Positions 15,775 to 26,224 are shown, counted from the stretch's first letter. The stretch is DNA of 64,000 bases from Hyphomicrobiales bacterium (GCA_009377695.1 WHTP01000002.1:37473-101472); one strand, 5' to 3'. Notes: a model not told the origin generated them from the sequence alone. Program-made: numbers and translations.

Positions 15775-16572
15775 ATGGCCGGTGCTCCGATGAGCCGCGT
15801 GCTGGGCGAACTGACGTTTCATGACGCGGCGCGCGCGATCAAGGAGACGTCGATCTTCTGCCTGCCACTCGGCGCCATCGAGCAGCACGGTCCGCATCTG
15901 CCGCTCAACACCGATGTCGTCGTTGCCGAAGGGCTGACCGGTCGCCTGCTTGCTCGCTGGGGCGATGCGTTTGACCTGTGGCAGCTTCCGACGCTCTCGA
16001 TCGGTCTCTCGCGCGAGCATGATTGGGCTGCCGGGACGCTGAGCCTGTCGATCGATGGCTTCACCCGTCACATGCGCGACCTTGCTGGCACGCTCGTGCG
16101 TTCATTGCCGGCGCGCAACCTTGCGATCGTCAACGGTCATGGCGGCAACCGCGGCATCCTCGAAAATCTGCTGCATGAATTGCGTGGTGACTTCGGGCTG
16201 AACGCCGTGGTGCTGCATCCCTTCGATCTGGCCGGTGCCGATCCGGCCATCGCCGATGTTCACGCCGCGAAGGGCGAGACCTCGGTCATGCTCGCGCTCG
16301 CGCCCGGTCTGGTGCGGCGGGATTGCATCGGTTCGGGTCGGCCGCCCGACCTGAAGGCGGTGCAGGCATTGATTTTCGAGCGCGGCACCACCTGGGGATG
16401 GCGCAGCGACGATGCGCGGCTCGCCCGCGACGGCATCATCGGCGACGCGAGCGGTGCGACAGCGGAGTACGGCTCGGCGCTGCTCGATCGCATGGTGGCA
16501 GCGGCGGGCGGTGTCTTTGCGCAACTTCTGGAAAACCAGACGATCATGCAGGCGCACGATCGCGCGCGCTAA
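15775..16572 (+). CDS. Creatininase-family amidohydrolase
   Basis: LPLGAIEQHGPHLPLNTD...VNGHGGN motifs. Confidence 0.8.
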   Translation: MAGAPMSRVLGELTFHDAARAIKETSIFCLPLGAIEQHGPHLPLNTDVVVAEGLTGRLLARWGDAFDLWQLPTLSIGLSREHDWAAGTLSLSIDGFTRHMRDLAGTLVRSLPARNLAIVNGHGGNRGILENLLHELRGDFGLNAVVLHPFDLAGADPAIADVHAAKGETSVMLALAPGLVRRDCIGSGRPPDLKAVQALIFERGTTWGWRSDDARLARDGIIGDASGATAEYGSALLDRMVAAAGGVFAQLLENQTIMQAHDRAR

Positions 16573-17912
16573 TACTTTGCCTGGTGGCGGCCTGCCAGGA
16601 CGACGACAGCGCCGGTCAGGCTCGCCAGCACGCACCAGTAGCCGTAGCGGAAATCGGCGGCCACGCCGAACGGGAAGAACGTCAGAACGTAAACAATGCC
16701 CGAGCCGCTGACTCCGAGGACGAAGGCGCCTGACGGTGTCGTGCGCAAGGGCCAGGCGAGCGCGCAGATGACGATTGCAATGGCGAGCCAGACGCCGAGG
16801 CTGAGCAGCCAGAGCGGCTGCAGCACGTTCTGCACCGCGACCATCGCCATGAAGAGCGGATTCTGTGCGTGAATCTGTCGTGACGGCTCGTCGAGGTCGA
16901 GCACCGGGATCAGCAGGACATCCCGACTGAGGAACGCCCGCATGACGCTCGCGCGATGCTTCAGATAGGCGAGGGGATTCGACAGAACGGCATTGCGCCA
17001 GGCTTCAACGAGGCGGGGGGTGCCGAAGATCGTGTCGTCTTTTCGTTCAAGCCGCTGCATCACGAAATCGCACGGCGCGATATGCCAGTAATAGTCCCAG
17101 CGGTCCGGGTTATAGCACTGGCTGGTGAACATCATCGCGGTCTGCTCAGGCGTGAACGTCACCGGAAACTCGTTCACGCCCGAATAATAAGAGATGCCGC
17201 CGAGGTCGAAGACGAACACCGAGTGCAGCGGGTTCGATCGCTCGGCGTTGAGCACGGTGTAATAGACCGCATGGACCAGTGCGTAGCCGGCAAAAATACC
17301 GGGAATGAGAATGGCTGCGACCCGCTTCCAGTAGAACGCCGTGGGCCACATCACATAGGTAGCCAGCAGCGGCGCGGCGATGATGGCGTTCGGCCGCAAC
17401 AGCACGCCAAGGGCGACGAGGAGCATCGCCGTCGTCTGCGCCGGCCATCGAACGGCCGCCGGCCGGGACGCGGCCGCATAGGTCAGCGCTGCCGCGAACA
17501 GCCAGACGTCGGCGAACAGGATGTCGCGCCAGATCAGTCCGACGAAAAAGAACGCCGGCGGCGTGAACGCGAGCAGCATGGTGACAACGCCAAGCCATCC
17601 CGCCGTGCGCGCGACGGTGAAGGCGACAAGAGCGAAGGCGCCCCAGTAGAGCAGCAGCATCAGGAGGAACATGCTCATCGAGCCAGGTGCGATCGGATCG
17701 ATGACGTGCCAGAGCACCGACATGACCGGCGATTGCCAGTCGCCTAATGCGCCCAGGGTCGCCTTGTAGACCCACTGGGCGTCGACGCTCATGTAGCCGG
17801 GGTAGAACGCCGCGAGGCTGAGCGCGAGTCCGGCCGCGAGCAGCGCGACAATGGCGATCGACACGCCCCAAGAAGCGCTTCGGCAGGGGGCTGCTGGGTC
17901 CACTCGGTCCAT
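16569..17912 (-). CDS. Polytopic membrane protein, GT-C / PMT_2-like glycosyltransferase candidate
   Basis: About 10 hydrophobic segments. N-terminal loop motif YMSVDAQW...WQSP. Family call is tentative. Confidence 0.5.
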   Translation of the reverse strand: MDRVDPAAPCRSASWGVSIAIVALLAAGLALSLAAFYPGYMSVDAQWVYKATLGALGDWQSPVMSVLWHVIDPIAPGSMSMFLLMLLLYWGAFALVAFTVARTAGWLGVVTMLLAFTPPAFFFVGLIWRDILFADVWLFAAALTYAAASRPAAVRWPAQTTAMLLVALGVLLRPNAIIAAPLLATYVMWPTAFYWKRVAAILIPGIFAGYALVHAVYYTVLNAERSNPLHSVFVFDLGGISYYSGVNEFPVTFTPEQTAMMFTSQCYNPDRWDYYWHIAPCDFVMQRLERKDDTIFGTPRLVEAWRNAVLSNPLAYLKHRASVMRAFLSRDVLLIPVLDLDEPSRQIHAQNPLFMAMVAVQNVLQPLWLLSLGVWLAIAIVICALAWPLRTTPSGAFVLGVSGSGIVYVLTFFPFGVAADFRYGYWCVLASLTGAVVVLAGRHQAKY

Positions 17913-18602
17913 TTAGTGTGCGGGGCCGCCGTTGAGCGCGCTCAGGCTGATCTTCTGTTTGCCCCGTGCGTCAAAATTGCCCGGTGCGAGCCAGCGTTCG
18001 AAGGCGGCCTTGCGGGCCGGCCATTCGCTGTCGAGCATGGAGAAATAGGCGGTGTCGCGATTGCGGCCTTTGGCGATCATGTGCTGGCGCAGCATGCCTT
18101 CGAAGATGAAGCCATAGCGCAGCGCTGCCCGCCGCGACGGCGCGTTGAGCGCATCGCACTTCCATTCGTAGCGACGGTTGCCGAGCACCTCGAAGGCGTA
18201 GCGCGCGAGCAGGTATTGCGCTTCGGTGCCGAGCGACGTGCGCTGCAGGGCCGGCGAATAGACGATGTGCCCGACCTCGACCGAGCGCGCCGCTGGCCGG
18301 ATCTCCATGAGCGTCGCAATGCCGACAACCTCGCCGGAGGGGTTGATCACCGCGTAGGAGTACGGGTCCTCGAGCGGCACGCGGCCTGCAACCCAATCGG
18401 CAAACGCCTTGCCATCGACGAACGGGCCGTAGGCGGACATGTAGGTCCAAATGTGATCGTGGCCCTTCACCGCGCGCCACAGCGCCTCGGCGTGGTGCGT
18501 TGCGAGCTTCTCCAGGCGGCCATAGCAGCCTTGCAGCACGACAGGTCCGGGCCGGCGGGCGGGCGTGGTGTCAACCGGTGGACCGATCGGCAGGTCGGTC
18601 AT
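17913..18602 (-). CDS. GNAT-family N-acetyltransferase (RimJ/RimL-like)
   Basis: ...VEVGHIVYSPALQRTSLGTEAQYLLARYAFEVLGNRRYEWKCDALNAPSRRAALRYGF... Confidence 0.8.
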   Translation of the reverse strand: MTDLPIGPPVDTTPARRPGPVVLQGCYGRLEKLATHHAEALWRAVKGHDHIWTYMSAYGPFVDGKAFADWVAGRVPLEDPYSYAVINPSGEVVGIATLMEIRPAARSVEVGHIVYSPALQRTSLGTEAQYLLARYAFEVLGNRRYEWKCDALNAPSRRAALRYGFIFEGMLRQHMIAKGRNRDTAYFSMLDSEWPARKAAFERWLAPGNFDARGKQKISLSALNGGPAH

Positions 18603-19444
18603 GAGAGGCGCTTCTTAAGGTCATCGCGGAACAGGGCATTGAGCTCCGCACCGGATGCGCTGTCGTTCAGCCCGTCAAAGCGGCCCTCGGTGGCGATCTG
18701 CTTGGCCACGCGCATGACCGCGCCCCAGCCGACGCGCGCGAGCGCACCGCCGACGCTGATGCGGCGCACGCCCAGCGCCGCGAGGTCGGCCACGGTCAAG
18801 GGATCGGCGCCCGACGACATCAGAAGGTTGACCGGCTTCGGCGCCACCGCGGTCACGATGGCCGTAATCTGCTCGCGGGTCTTGATGCCGGGCGCGTAAA
18901 GCCAGTCGGCGCCGGCATTCGCGTAGGCCTTGAGCCGCGCGATCGTCTCGTCGAGATCGGGGCGGCCGAGCAGGAAACACTCGGCGCGGCCGACCAGCAG
19001 CACATCGTCGCCGGCCCGATCGATCGCCGCCCGCGCGGCCCGCACACGCGCCACGGCGTCCTCGATGGAATAAAGTTTGCGGTCGGCGCCGTCCTCGATC
19101 GACAGGCCGGATACGCCGGCGTCGATCGCGAGCCGCACGCTTTCCATGACGCCCGCGAGGTCGTCGGCATAGCCGGCCTCGAAATCGGCATTGAGCGGCA
19201 GGTCGGAGGCGTGGGCAAGCTCATGCAGATGGGCCAGCTTCATGTCGCGCGTGACCGCACCGTCGGGACGGCCCTGCGAGAAGGCAAAGCCGGCGCTGGT
19301 CGATGCGAGCGCCTTGAAGCCGAGGTGCTGCAGATAGCGTGCGCTGCCCACGTCCCAGGGATTGGGGATCACAAAGCATCCGGATTGGTGCAACGCACGA
19401 AATGTCTTGCGCTTGTCGGCGATGGTCGGCATGGCGGAGCTCAA
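18599..19444 (-). CDS. Isocitrate lyase / PEP mutase superfamily enzyme
   Basis: [15 protein letters not shown]...[11 protein letters not shown]...GLSIEDG motifs. 4-nt overlaps with both neighbouring genes. Confidence 0.8.
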   Translation of the reverse strand: MSSAMPTIADKRKTFRALHQSGCFVIPNPWDVGSARYLQHLGFKALASTSAGFAFSQGRPDGAVTRDMKLAHLHELAHASDLPLNADFEAGYADDLAGVMESVRLAIDAGVSGLSIEDGADRKLYSIEDAVARVRAARAAIDRAGDDVLLVGRAECFLLGRPDLDETIARLKAYANAGADWLYAPGIKTREQITAIVTAVAPKPVNLLMSSGADPLTVADLAALGVRRISVGGALARVGWGAVMRVAKQIATEGRFDGLNDSASGAELNALFRDDLKKRLS

Positions 19445-21252
19445 TGGCTGTGGCGCGGTTGGCTGACCTGCGCCACGCGCTGGAATTTCACCGCCGGCTT
19501 GAGCACCATGCCTTCGGCGAGCTGGTCGACGATGCCGCGCTGGATCTCCTGCCAGGGGGTCTGGCTTTCCGGATACGGGTAGCCGCCGTTCTTTTGCAGC
19601 TCGGCGCGGCGCTCCGCCAGCTCCGATGTCGAGATCAGGATGTCTGCGGTGCCCTTGCGTAGATCGATGCGGACGCGGTCGCCGGTCTTGAGCAACGCGA
19701 GCCCACCATTGGCCGCTGCCTCTGGCGATGCATTGAGGATCGAAGGCGATCCCGACGTTCCGGACTGGCGGCCGTCGCCGATGCAGGGGAGGGAATCGAT
19801 GCCTTTCTTGATCAGCGCCGTCGGCGGCCGCATGTTCACGACCTCGGCCGAGCCTGGGTAGCCGATCGCACCGACGCCACGCATGAACAGGATCGTGCGC
19901 TCGTCGATCTTCAGCGCGGGATCGTCGATGCGACGGTGATAGTCCTCCGGTCCGTCGAACACCACGGCGCGGCCTTCGAAGGCGTCCTCGTCCCTGGGAT
20001 CGGACAGGTAGCGCTCGCGGAACGTGTTGGAGATCACGCTGGTCTTCATGATCGCGGCGTCAAACAGGTTGCCCTTGAGCACCTTGAATCCGGCGCGCTG
20101 CATCAGCGGCTTGTCATAGGGGCGAATGACGTCGGTGTCGGCAATATCGGCGCGCCGCACGTTCTCACCGATGGTCTTGCCGTTTACGGTCATCGCATCG
20201 GCATGCAGGCGCTTGGCCTTGCGGAGCTCATTGAGCACCGCAGGCAGGCCGCCCGCGCGGTGATAGTCCTCGCCGAGATATTGCCCGGCGGGCTGCATGT
20301 TGACGAGGAGCGGCACGTCATAGCCAACCGTCTCCCAATCCTCGATAGTAAGCTTCACGCCGGCGTGGCGCGCAATGGCGTTGAGGTGGATTGGCGCATT
20401 GGTTGAGCCGCCGATCGCCGAGCAGGCGACAATGGCATTCTCGAACGCCTGGCGCGTGAGGAGGTCGAGCGGCTTCACATCGGCGAGCACGAGCTCGACC
20501 GCGCGGACGCCGGTGTCGTAGGCGATCTGCGCACGCTCCTTGTACGGCGCCGGGATCGCGGCGCAGCCGGGCAACGACAATCCAAGCGCCTCGGCGATCG
20601 CGTTCATGGTCGATGCGGTGCCCATGGAATTGCAGTGGCCGATCGAGGGCGCGGCAGCCGCGATCGAATCGACGAATTCGTCGTAGCCGATCTCGCCGGC
20701 AGCGAGCCGCTTGCTCATCGCCCATTTGATCGTGCCGGAGCCGGCGCGCTTGCCCTTCCACCAGCCGTTCAGCATCGGACCACCCGAGAGCACGATGGCG
20801 GGAATGTTCACGGTCGCCGCCGCCATGATCGCGGCCGGCGTGGTCTTGTCGCAGCCGGTCGTGAGCACCACGCCGTCAATCGGATAGCCGTGCAGCACTT
20901 CGACCAGGCCGAGGTAGGCGAGATTGCGGTCGAGGGCCGCGGTCGGCCGCTTGCCGGTCTCCTGGATCGGATGCACGGGGAATTCGAAGGCGATGCCGCC
21001 AGCCGAGCGGATGCCGTCGCGCACGCGCTTCGCCAGCTCGAGGTGGTGCCGGTTGCACGGAGAGAGGTCGGAGCCGGTCTGTGCGATGGCGATGATCGGC
21101 TTGCCGCCCATGATCTCGCGGCGGGTGAGGCCGTAATTGAGATAACGTTCGAAATAGAGCGCGGTGGCGCCGGGATCGTCTGGATTGTCGAACCACAATT
21201 GCGACCGGAAGCGCGGTTTGGGGGTTTTGGGCTTTGCGTTGTTCTTGGCCAT
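19441..21252 (-). CDS. IlvD/Edd-family dehydratase (sugar-acid dehydratase-like)
   Basis: ...TGCDKTTPA...[15 protein letters not shown]...[19 protein letters not shown]... Start set at ATG 21252 (MAKNNAKPK). The upstream part of the track ORF is encoded by a palindromic repeat. Confidence 0.85.
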   Translation of the reverse strand: MAKNNAKPKTPKPRFRSQLWFDNPDDPGATALYFERYLNYGLTRREIMGGKPIIAIAQTGSDLSPCNRHHLELAKRVRDGIRSAGGIAFEFPVHPIQETGKRPTAALDRNLAYLGLVEVLHGYPIDGVVLTTGCDKTTPAAIMAAATVNIPAIVLSGGPMLNGWWKGKRAGSGTIKWAMSKRLAAGEIGYDEFVDSIAAAAPSIGHCNSMGTASTMNAIAEALGLSLPGCAAIPAPYKERAQIAYDTGVRAVELVLADVKPLDLLTRQAFENAIVACSAIGGSTNAPIHLNAIARHAGVKLTIEDWETVGYDVPLLVNMQPAGQYLGEDYHRAGGLPAVLNELRKAKRLHADAMTVNGKTIGENVRRADIADTDVIRPYDKPLMQRAGFKVLKGNLFDAAIMKTSVISNTFRERYLSDPRDEDAFEGRAVVFDGPEDYHRRIDDPALKIDERTILFMRGVGAIGYPGSAEVVNMRPPTALIKKGIDSLPCIGDGRQSGTSGSPSILNASPEAAANGGLALLKTGDRVRIDLRKGTADILISTSELAERRAELQKNGGYPYPESQTPWQEIQRGIVDQLAEGMVLKPAVKFQRVAQVSQPRHSH

Positions 21253-21330
21253 GGGCGTCCTCACGTCGCGAACACGGCCGGTGCCGGTCGCAGAGCAGTA
21301 GCATTCAGGGCTGGCTCTCTCCTCCCTCAT

Positions 21331-21387
21331 TCCCGCGCAAGCGGAAATCCAGGAAAGGGTCAATTCTGGGTTCCCGCTTCCGCGGGA
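21331..21387. repeat. Palindromic REP-like element TCCCGCGCAAGCGGAAATCCAG-N13-CTGGGTTCCCGCTTCCGCGGGA
   Basis: Read directly. Lies in the 5' leader region of the dehydratase operon. Confidence 0.8.
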
Positions 21388-21675
21388 CGAGCGGAAGACC
21401 GGCGTAGACATACGACCGAACCGCATCGCGATCCATGCCTGCTTAACCGAGCATCAGTCGCGGCTTCCTTCGCCGTCATACCGACTTTTGACCCCGAGCC
21501 TGGCGGCGCGTTGACGGCAATCGAGATGAACCCATAGGTCAGCCGTCCTGGTCATCGGTTTCATCCCCGCGCTGTTAAACGGGCGCTTATCGCGACATCG
21601 TAACGCTGCGCGATGCGCTGCAGAAGCCGCATCCGGTGCTATAGTTTGCAAAAAGGCGGACACCGGGAGGAACGA

Positions 21676-22653
21676 ATGACGTCATGGGTTCGGGCATTGA
21701 TCGTTGCTGCATGGCTCGCGCCGGGGTTCGTTACAGATCCAACGCTGGCTCAGGATTATCCCAACCGGCCGGTGACGTTGGTTGCGCCGGCGGCGCCTGG
21801 TGGCGTGATCGATCGCATCGGTCGCATCCTGGCTGCGCGCTTCTCGGACGCCTGGGGCCGGCAGGTCGTGGTCGAGCATCGTCCCGGCGCCAACAATCAA
21901 ATAGCGGCTGAATACATCACCAAGTCGGCGCCGGATGGCTACACCTTGATGGTCAGTCCGGAGGTGACATTCGCGGTCAATCCGAGCCTCTACAAGCGAT
22001 TGCCCTATGATCCCATCAACGGCTTCACGCCGATCGCCGGCTTGGTCATCATCAACCACGCGCTGATCCTGCATCCGTCGGTGCCGGCGGAGAACGTCAA
22101 GGAACTGGTGGAACTCGCGAAGAAGAAGCCTGGTGCGCTGAATTACGGGACCTTTGGCTCGGGATCGAGCGGTCACCTGAACATGGAGATGTTCCAGACC
22201 ATGTCCGGCACCAAACTCACCGCGGTCCACTACAAGGGCGCGACTCCCGCGCTGACCGACGTGATCGGCGGGCACATCCAGATGATGTTTTTGAGCGTCG
22301 GTACCGCGGTTCCGCAATGGCGTGAACGCAAGGTCAAGTTCATTGCGGTCGGTGCCGGCAAACGGATGGAATTACTGCCGAAGATGCCGACCGTCGCGGA
22401 AAGCGGGGTGCCGGGCTACGAGGCGGTGTCGTGGTTCGGGCTGTTCGGTCCGCCCGGCATGCCCAAAGACGTCGTCGCGAAGATCAATGCCGAGGTCCGG
22501 CGCATTTTCGCTGATCCCGGGCTTCGTAAGACGCTGGACCGCGAATACTTCACGCCGATCGTGGGCTCGCCGGAAGAGCTCACTGCGCGTATCAAGGCCG
22601 ATGAGCCCAAATGGCGCAAGGTGATCCAGAACGCCGGTCTGCCGCCGCAGTAG
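21676..22653 (+). CDS. Bug/TctC-family tripartite tricarboxylate transporter substrate-binding protein
   Basis: Signal peptide, then YPNRPVTLVAPAAPGG...NYGTFGSGSSGHL...VHYKGATPALTDVIGGHI. GGGAGG precedes ATG 21676. Confidence 0.85.
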   Translation: MTSWVRALIVAAWLAPGFVTDPTLAQDYPNRPVTLVAPAAPGGVIDRIGRILAARFSDAWGRQVVVEHRPGANNQIAAEYITKSAPDGYTLMVSPEVTFAVNPSLYKRLPYDPINGFTPIAGLVIINHALILHPSVPAENVKELVELAKKKPGALNYGTFGSGSSGHLNMEMFQTMSGTKLTAVHYKGATPALTDVIGGHIQMMFLSVGTAVPQWRERKVKFIAVGAGKRMELLPKMPTVAESGVPGYEAVSWFGLFGPPGMPKDVVAKINAEVRRIFADPGLRKTLDREYFTPIVGSPEELTARIKADEPKWRKVIQNAGLPPQ

Positions 22654-22756
22654 CATCATTGCGGTGGCGTGCCCGTGATAATCGGCGGCTGGCAGTGCTA
22701 TAGTGGATCACCGACGATTATCGTGTCATCCGGGCAACAACAAGGTACGGTCAGGA

Positions 22757-24142
22757 ATGAACGCGGACGGCAAGATGCGGCTTGGCGCCTTCTTCAATCC
22801 CACGGGCCATCACGTTGCCTCGTGGCGGCATCCGCGCTCGCAGGCTGACGCCGGCATCAACTTCCAGCACTATGTCGAGATCACGCGCACCGCCGAGCGT
22901 GCGAAGTTCGACATGGTGTTCTTCGCGGACAATGTCTGTGTGCGCGAAGCCAACATGGAGGCGCTGTCGCGCTCGGCGCAGTACATCGCAAATTTCGAGC
23001 CGCTGACGCTGCTCTCCGCCCTTGCGGCAGTGACGACCCATATCGGCCTCGTGGCGACTGCATCGACGAGCTACAACGAGCCCTTTCACGTCGCGCGAAA
23101 GTTCGCGTCGATCGATCACATCAGCGGCGGCCGGGCAGGGTGGAATCTCGTCACCTCCGGACAGGAGGCGGAGGCCAAAAATTTCGGCCGCGAGAAACAT
23201 TATGCCCATGGCGAGCGCTACGAGCGGGCGCGCGAGTTCGCAGAGGTCGTCACCGGACTGTGGGATAGCTGGGACGACGACGCCTTCGTGCGCGACAAGG
23301 TGAGCGGGCAGTTCTTCCATCCGGAAAAGCTGCATCCGCTCAACCACCAGGGCGATAACTTTTCCGTGCGCGGTCCGCTCAACGTGCCGCGCACGCCGCA
23401 GGGCAGGCCGGTGATCGTGCAGGCGGGCGGCTCCGAGGACATGATTGCGGTGGCGGCGGAATTTGCCGAGGTGATCTTCTGCGCGCCGCTCTCGCTCGAG
23501 CACGCCAAGACGTTCTATGCCAATCTCAAAGGCAGAGTTGCGAGCTATGGCCGCGATCCCGATCAGGTCAAGATCATGCCCGGCCTGTCCTGCATTGTCG
23601 GGCGCACCGCGGAGGACGCGCAGGAGCGTTACGAACACCTGCAATCGCTGATCCATCCGATGGTGGCGCGGGAAATCCTGGCGATGGTGCTCGGCTATGT
23701 CGATCTCTCGCCCTATTCGCTGGACGACCCGATGCCCCTGAACCTGCCGCAGTCGAACATGAGCCAGAGCACGTTCCAGAACGTGATGGACATGGCGCGC
23801 AAGGAAAAGCTGACCATGAAGGAGGTCGCGCTGCGCGTCGCGGGCGCACGCGGCAAGGCTGTGATCAAAGGCTCGCCGCAGGATATCGCTGATCAAATGG
23901 AAGAGTGGTTTCGCAACGACGGCTGCGACGGCTTCAACCTGATGCCGCCGTTTCTGCCTGGCGGCCTTGATGATTTCGTCGAGCTCGTTTTGCCGGAGCT
24001 GCACCGGCATGGGCTATTCCGCACCGATTATGAAGGCCGCACATTGCGCGAACATCTCGGCCTTAAGCGGCCGCCGAGCCGTTACGCAGTGGCTCGCAGT
24101 GAGACTCGTTCAGCCGCCAAGCGAACGCGCGCGCCGGCCTGA
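22757..24142 (+). CDS. LLM-class flavin-dependent monooxygenase (NtaA/SnaA/DszA family)
   Basis: MRLGAFFNPTGHHVASWRHP...ASIDHISGGRAGWNLVTS... Confidence 0.85.
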   Translation: MNADGKMRLGAFFNPTGHHVASWRHPRSQADAGINFQHYVEITRTAERAKFDMVFFADNVCVREANMEALSRSAQYIANFEPLTLLSALAAVTTHIGLVATASTSYNEPFHVARKFASIDHISGGRAGWNLVTSGQEAEAKNFGREKHYAHGERYERAREFAEVVTGLWDSWDDDAFVRDKVSGQFFHPEKLHPLNHQGDNFSVRGPLNVPRTPQGRPVIVQAGGSEDMIAVAAEFAEVIFCAPLSLEHAKTFYANLKGRVASYGRDPDQVKIMPGLSCIVGRTAEDAQERYEHLQSLIHPMVAREILAMVLGYVDLSPYSLDDPMPLNLPQSNMSQSTFQNVMDMARKEKLTMKEVALRVAGARGKAVIKGSPQDIADQMEEWFRNDGCDGFNLMPPFLPGGLDDFVELVLPELHRHGLFRTDYEGRTLREHLGLKRPPSRYAVARSETRSAAKRTRAPA

Positions 24143-24422
24143 CCGGCGCAAGCCGACGCCATGTCGTGTGCTTGAGGCCTCATACGCCTTTGGCAGTCTT
24201 GATCTTGGCCTGGGGCCAAGACGCATTGCGCTCGCCCTGGCTACGCTCCAGCAGGACATGGCGTTCCGGCGATTTGGATCGGTTTCCCATACATTTGGAT
24301 GCCATCACCCGTTCGTCTGGATGATGTCATCGTTGGCGGACTTCTTGCAACGTGGGCCGACGCGGTACCCCGGCGAGCAGGATCATCTGCATCGAGCCAC
24401 ACGCCGCGAGCAGGAGCACGGC

Positions 24423-24917
24423 ATGGCTCGACAGAGCATTCTCGCTACGGCGTGCGCCCTGGCGGCCACCGTCGGCACTCTCGGTGTGGCACCGGCACAA
24501 TCGGCTTCGCCGCAACCAGACGCCATCGAGCAATGGGCGCATGACTTCACCGTGCTCACGATAGCGCCCGACGGCGCATGGGGCACGGCCACCGACCCCC
24601 GGGTCAACCGGGCGATCTTCCTGGCGATCAGCAATTGCAAAACGATGTCCGGAAAGGACATTGGCTGCGGCGCCTATCAGACGGCCATTCGAGGTGGCTG
24701 GAGCCTGGCGATTCGGTGCGGCCACGTGAGCATCCTCGCGGCCGACAGGGATCTGGCCAAGGCCGAACGCCGGGCAATGGTGCGCGAGACCGAGCTGCGG
24801 GAACGCTACGTGACCGACATGCCGCCATGCGCACGCGTGGTCACGATCGATCCGAATGGCGTCGCGATCATTCCGCCGGCCGTGGGGTACTCGGCCAAGC
24901 TTCCCGCATCGCGCTGA
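24423..24917 (+). CDS. Secreted DUF4189-like protein
   Basis: Signal peptide, then GAWGTATDP...AISNCKTMSGKDIGCGAY...IRCG, a Cys pattern typical of DUF4189 (from memory). Confidence 0.55.
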   Translation: MARQSILATACALAATVGTLGVAPAQSASPQPDAIEQWAHDFTVLTIAPDGAWGTATDPRVNRAIFLAISNCKTMSGKDIGCGAYQTAIRGGWSLAIRCGHVSILAADRDLAKAERRAMVRETELRERYVTDMPPCARVVTIDPNGVAIIPPAVGYSAKLPASR

Positions 24918-25088
24918 AGGCTGCGGCCTTGCCGCAGTCCGGGCCCGAGGGTCCAGCCCAAGGTCTGGTACAAGGGACGGCACAAGCGTCCGGCAATTCC
25001 GGGGCGCGGTCCCGGGAACTTGCGGTCACGCATCAACGTTATCTTCTCCCGTGGATTACCGACCCAGGAGGCGGACCAGGAGATAACA

Positions 25089-25346
25089 ATGACGTATCCT
25101 CCGGATAATCATCGCGACTTGGTCCGCGGCATGCCGATCGAATACGACGCGCATATTGTGAACGGCTCGATCCTGGCGATTGCGGCCTTCGCCATCGTGG
25201 TCATCGGCATCGCTTGGCACGCGGTGACCGGCCACCGCACCGAATCGATCGGCACGTCTGCATTCGAGCGTGCCGCGCCGGACAGCACGACCGGCTATGG
25301 CGCCGCTCGGCCCAAGGTGCGGTCGCCCAGCCTTCCTCCGAAATAG
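25089..25346 (+). CDS. Small single-pass membrane protein
   Basis: GGAG-type RBS before ATG 25089. One TM segment (ILAIAAFAIVVIGIAW). Confidence 0.45.
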   Translation: MTYPPDNHRDLVRGMPIEYDAHIVNGSILAIAAFAIVVIGIAWHAVTGHRTESIGTSAFERAAPDSTTGYGAARPKVRSPSLPPK

Positions 25347-25374
25347 ACGCCGCGCGCGTTGCAGGAATACGACA

Positions 25375-25542
25375 ATGCCGGACTATGACGACCGAGCGAC
25401 TGCGCCCCCCAGCTCGGCGACCGTGGTGGTGATCGTCTTCTTGTCGATCATCATCCTGATCGCCAGCGGATACGTGATCTACAACTATTCAAACGTTCGC
25501 CCGAACCTGGCTGAGCAGTCGACGCCAACCAAGGCTCCGTAG
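25375..25542 (+). CDS. Small single-pass membrane protein
   Basis: ATG 25375. TM segment VVVIVFLSIIILIASGYVIY. Confidence 0.4.
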   Translation: MPDYDDRATAPPSSATVVVIVFLSIIILIASGYVIYNYSNVRPNLAEQSTPTKAP

Positions 25543-25569
25543 ATCATGATTCCGAAAGGTGGGAGGATT

Positions 25570-25824
25570 TCAGCGGACTTTCGTGCAGTAGAGATATTGG
25601 TCTCCGGCGATGACCACTTGCGGCGGGGCGTTCGATCCGCCGATGAAGAAAATCAGCGTGCCGTTCTCGGTGATTTCCAGGTGATCGGCATTGACCGCGA
25701 GCGCGGGTAATGGACCCGGCCGATAGACGGTCCAGCAGCCGGAAGCGCTCACGCCGGGATTCAGCTCATGCGCCTCTGATTCTTGCTTGCTGGCTTTCTT
25801 TGCCGCACTCGTTCGTTTAGCCAT
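25570..25824 (-). CDS. Hypothetical protein
   Basis: GGAGG lies 5 nt upstream of ATG 25824 (MAKRTSAAKK...). Confidence 0.5.
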   Translation of the reverse strand: MAKRTSAAKKASKQESEAHELNPGVSASGCWTVYRPGPLPALAVNADHLEITENGTLIFFIGGSNAPPQVVIAGDQYLYCTKVR

Positions 25825-26003
25825 TCTGCCTCCAGGAATTGAAGCGCCATAAACCACCAAATGGCTCCGGCTGCAAATCGACGTGTCATCGACGATGACC
25901 TCACGATGTTGCGCCCGAACGACTGATCAGGGCGCCGGCCGGGGTGATCGCCATCGAGGATCACGATGTGTCGCTGGCGAACGTGCAGGGATCGACCATC
26001 TAC

Positions 26004-26069
26004 CGGTTTCTCACCGGCGTCGGGCTATGACCTGCATTGGAATGTGAACGACACGGCGATCTACCTCGG
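26004..26069. repeat. Left copy of an imperfect direct repeat of about 65 bp flanking the HypX-like gene
   Basis: Hand alignment with 28222-28285, roughly 80 percent identical. Shared blocks include GGGCTA.GACCTGCATT, GTGAA and ACACGG. Confidence 0.7.
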
Positions 26070-26224
26070 TTGGCGGCAGGTGCGTAGCCGTTCCGGAGTA
26101 CGAACACCTTCGGCCGCGCCACGCACAAGCCATGCGCCGGACGAATTTCGTTCGTGCATCGACGGCCATGGAACGAATGCCCCACCGCGGATATAGAAGT
26201 GAGCGTTCCTGCCGTGGGGGATGA

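Noticed and set aside
15775-16572. Calling the creatininase-fold gene an ArfB-type formamide hydrolase working with the GCH II-like enzyme
   Set aside because: The GCH II here keeps the Tyr in NKMRAY that goes with normal GCH II chemistry, so no formylated intermediate is expected. A cytochrome b gene and a repeat cluster also separate the two genes. It is mentioned only as context.
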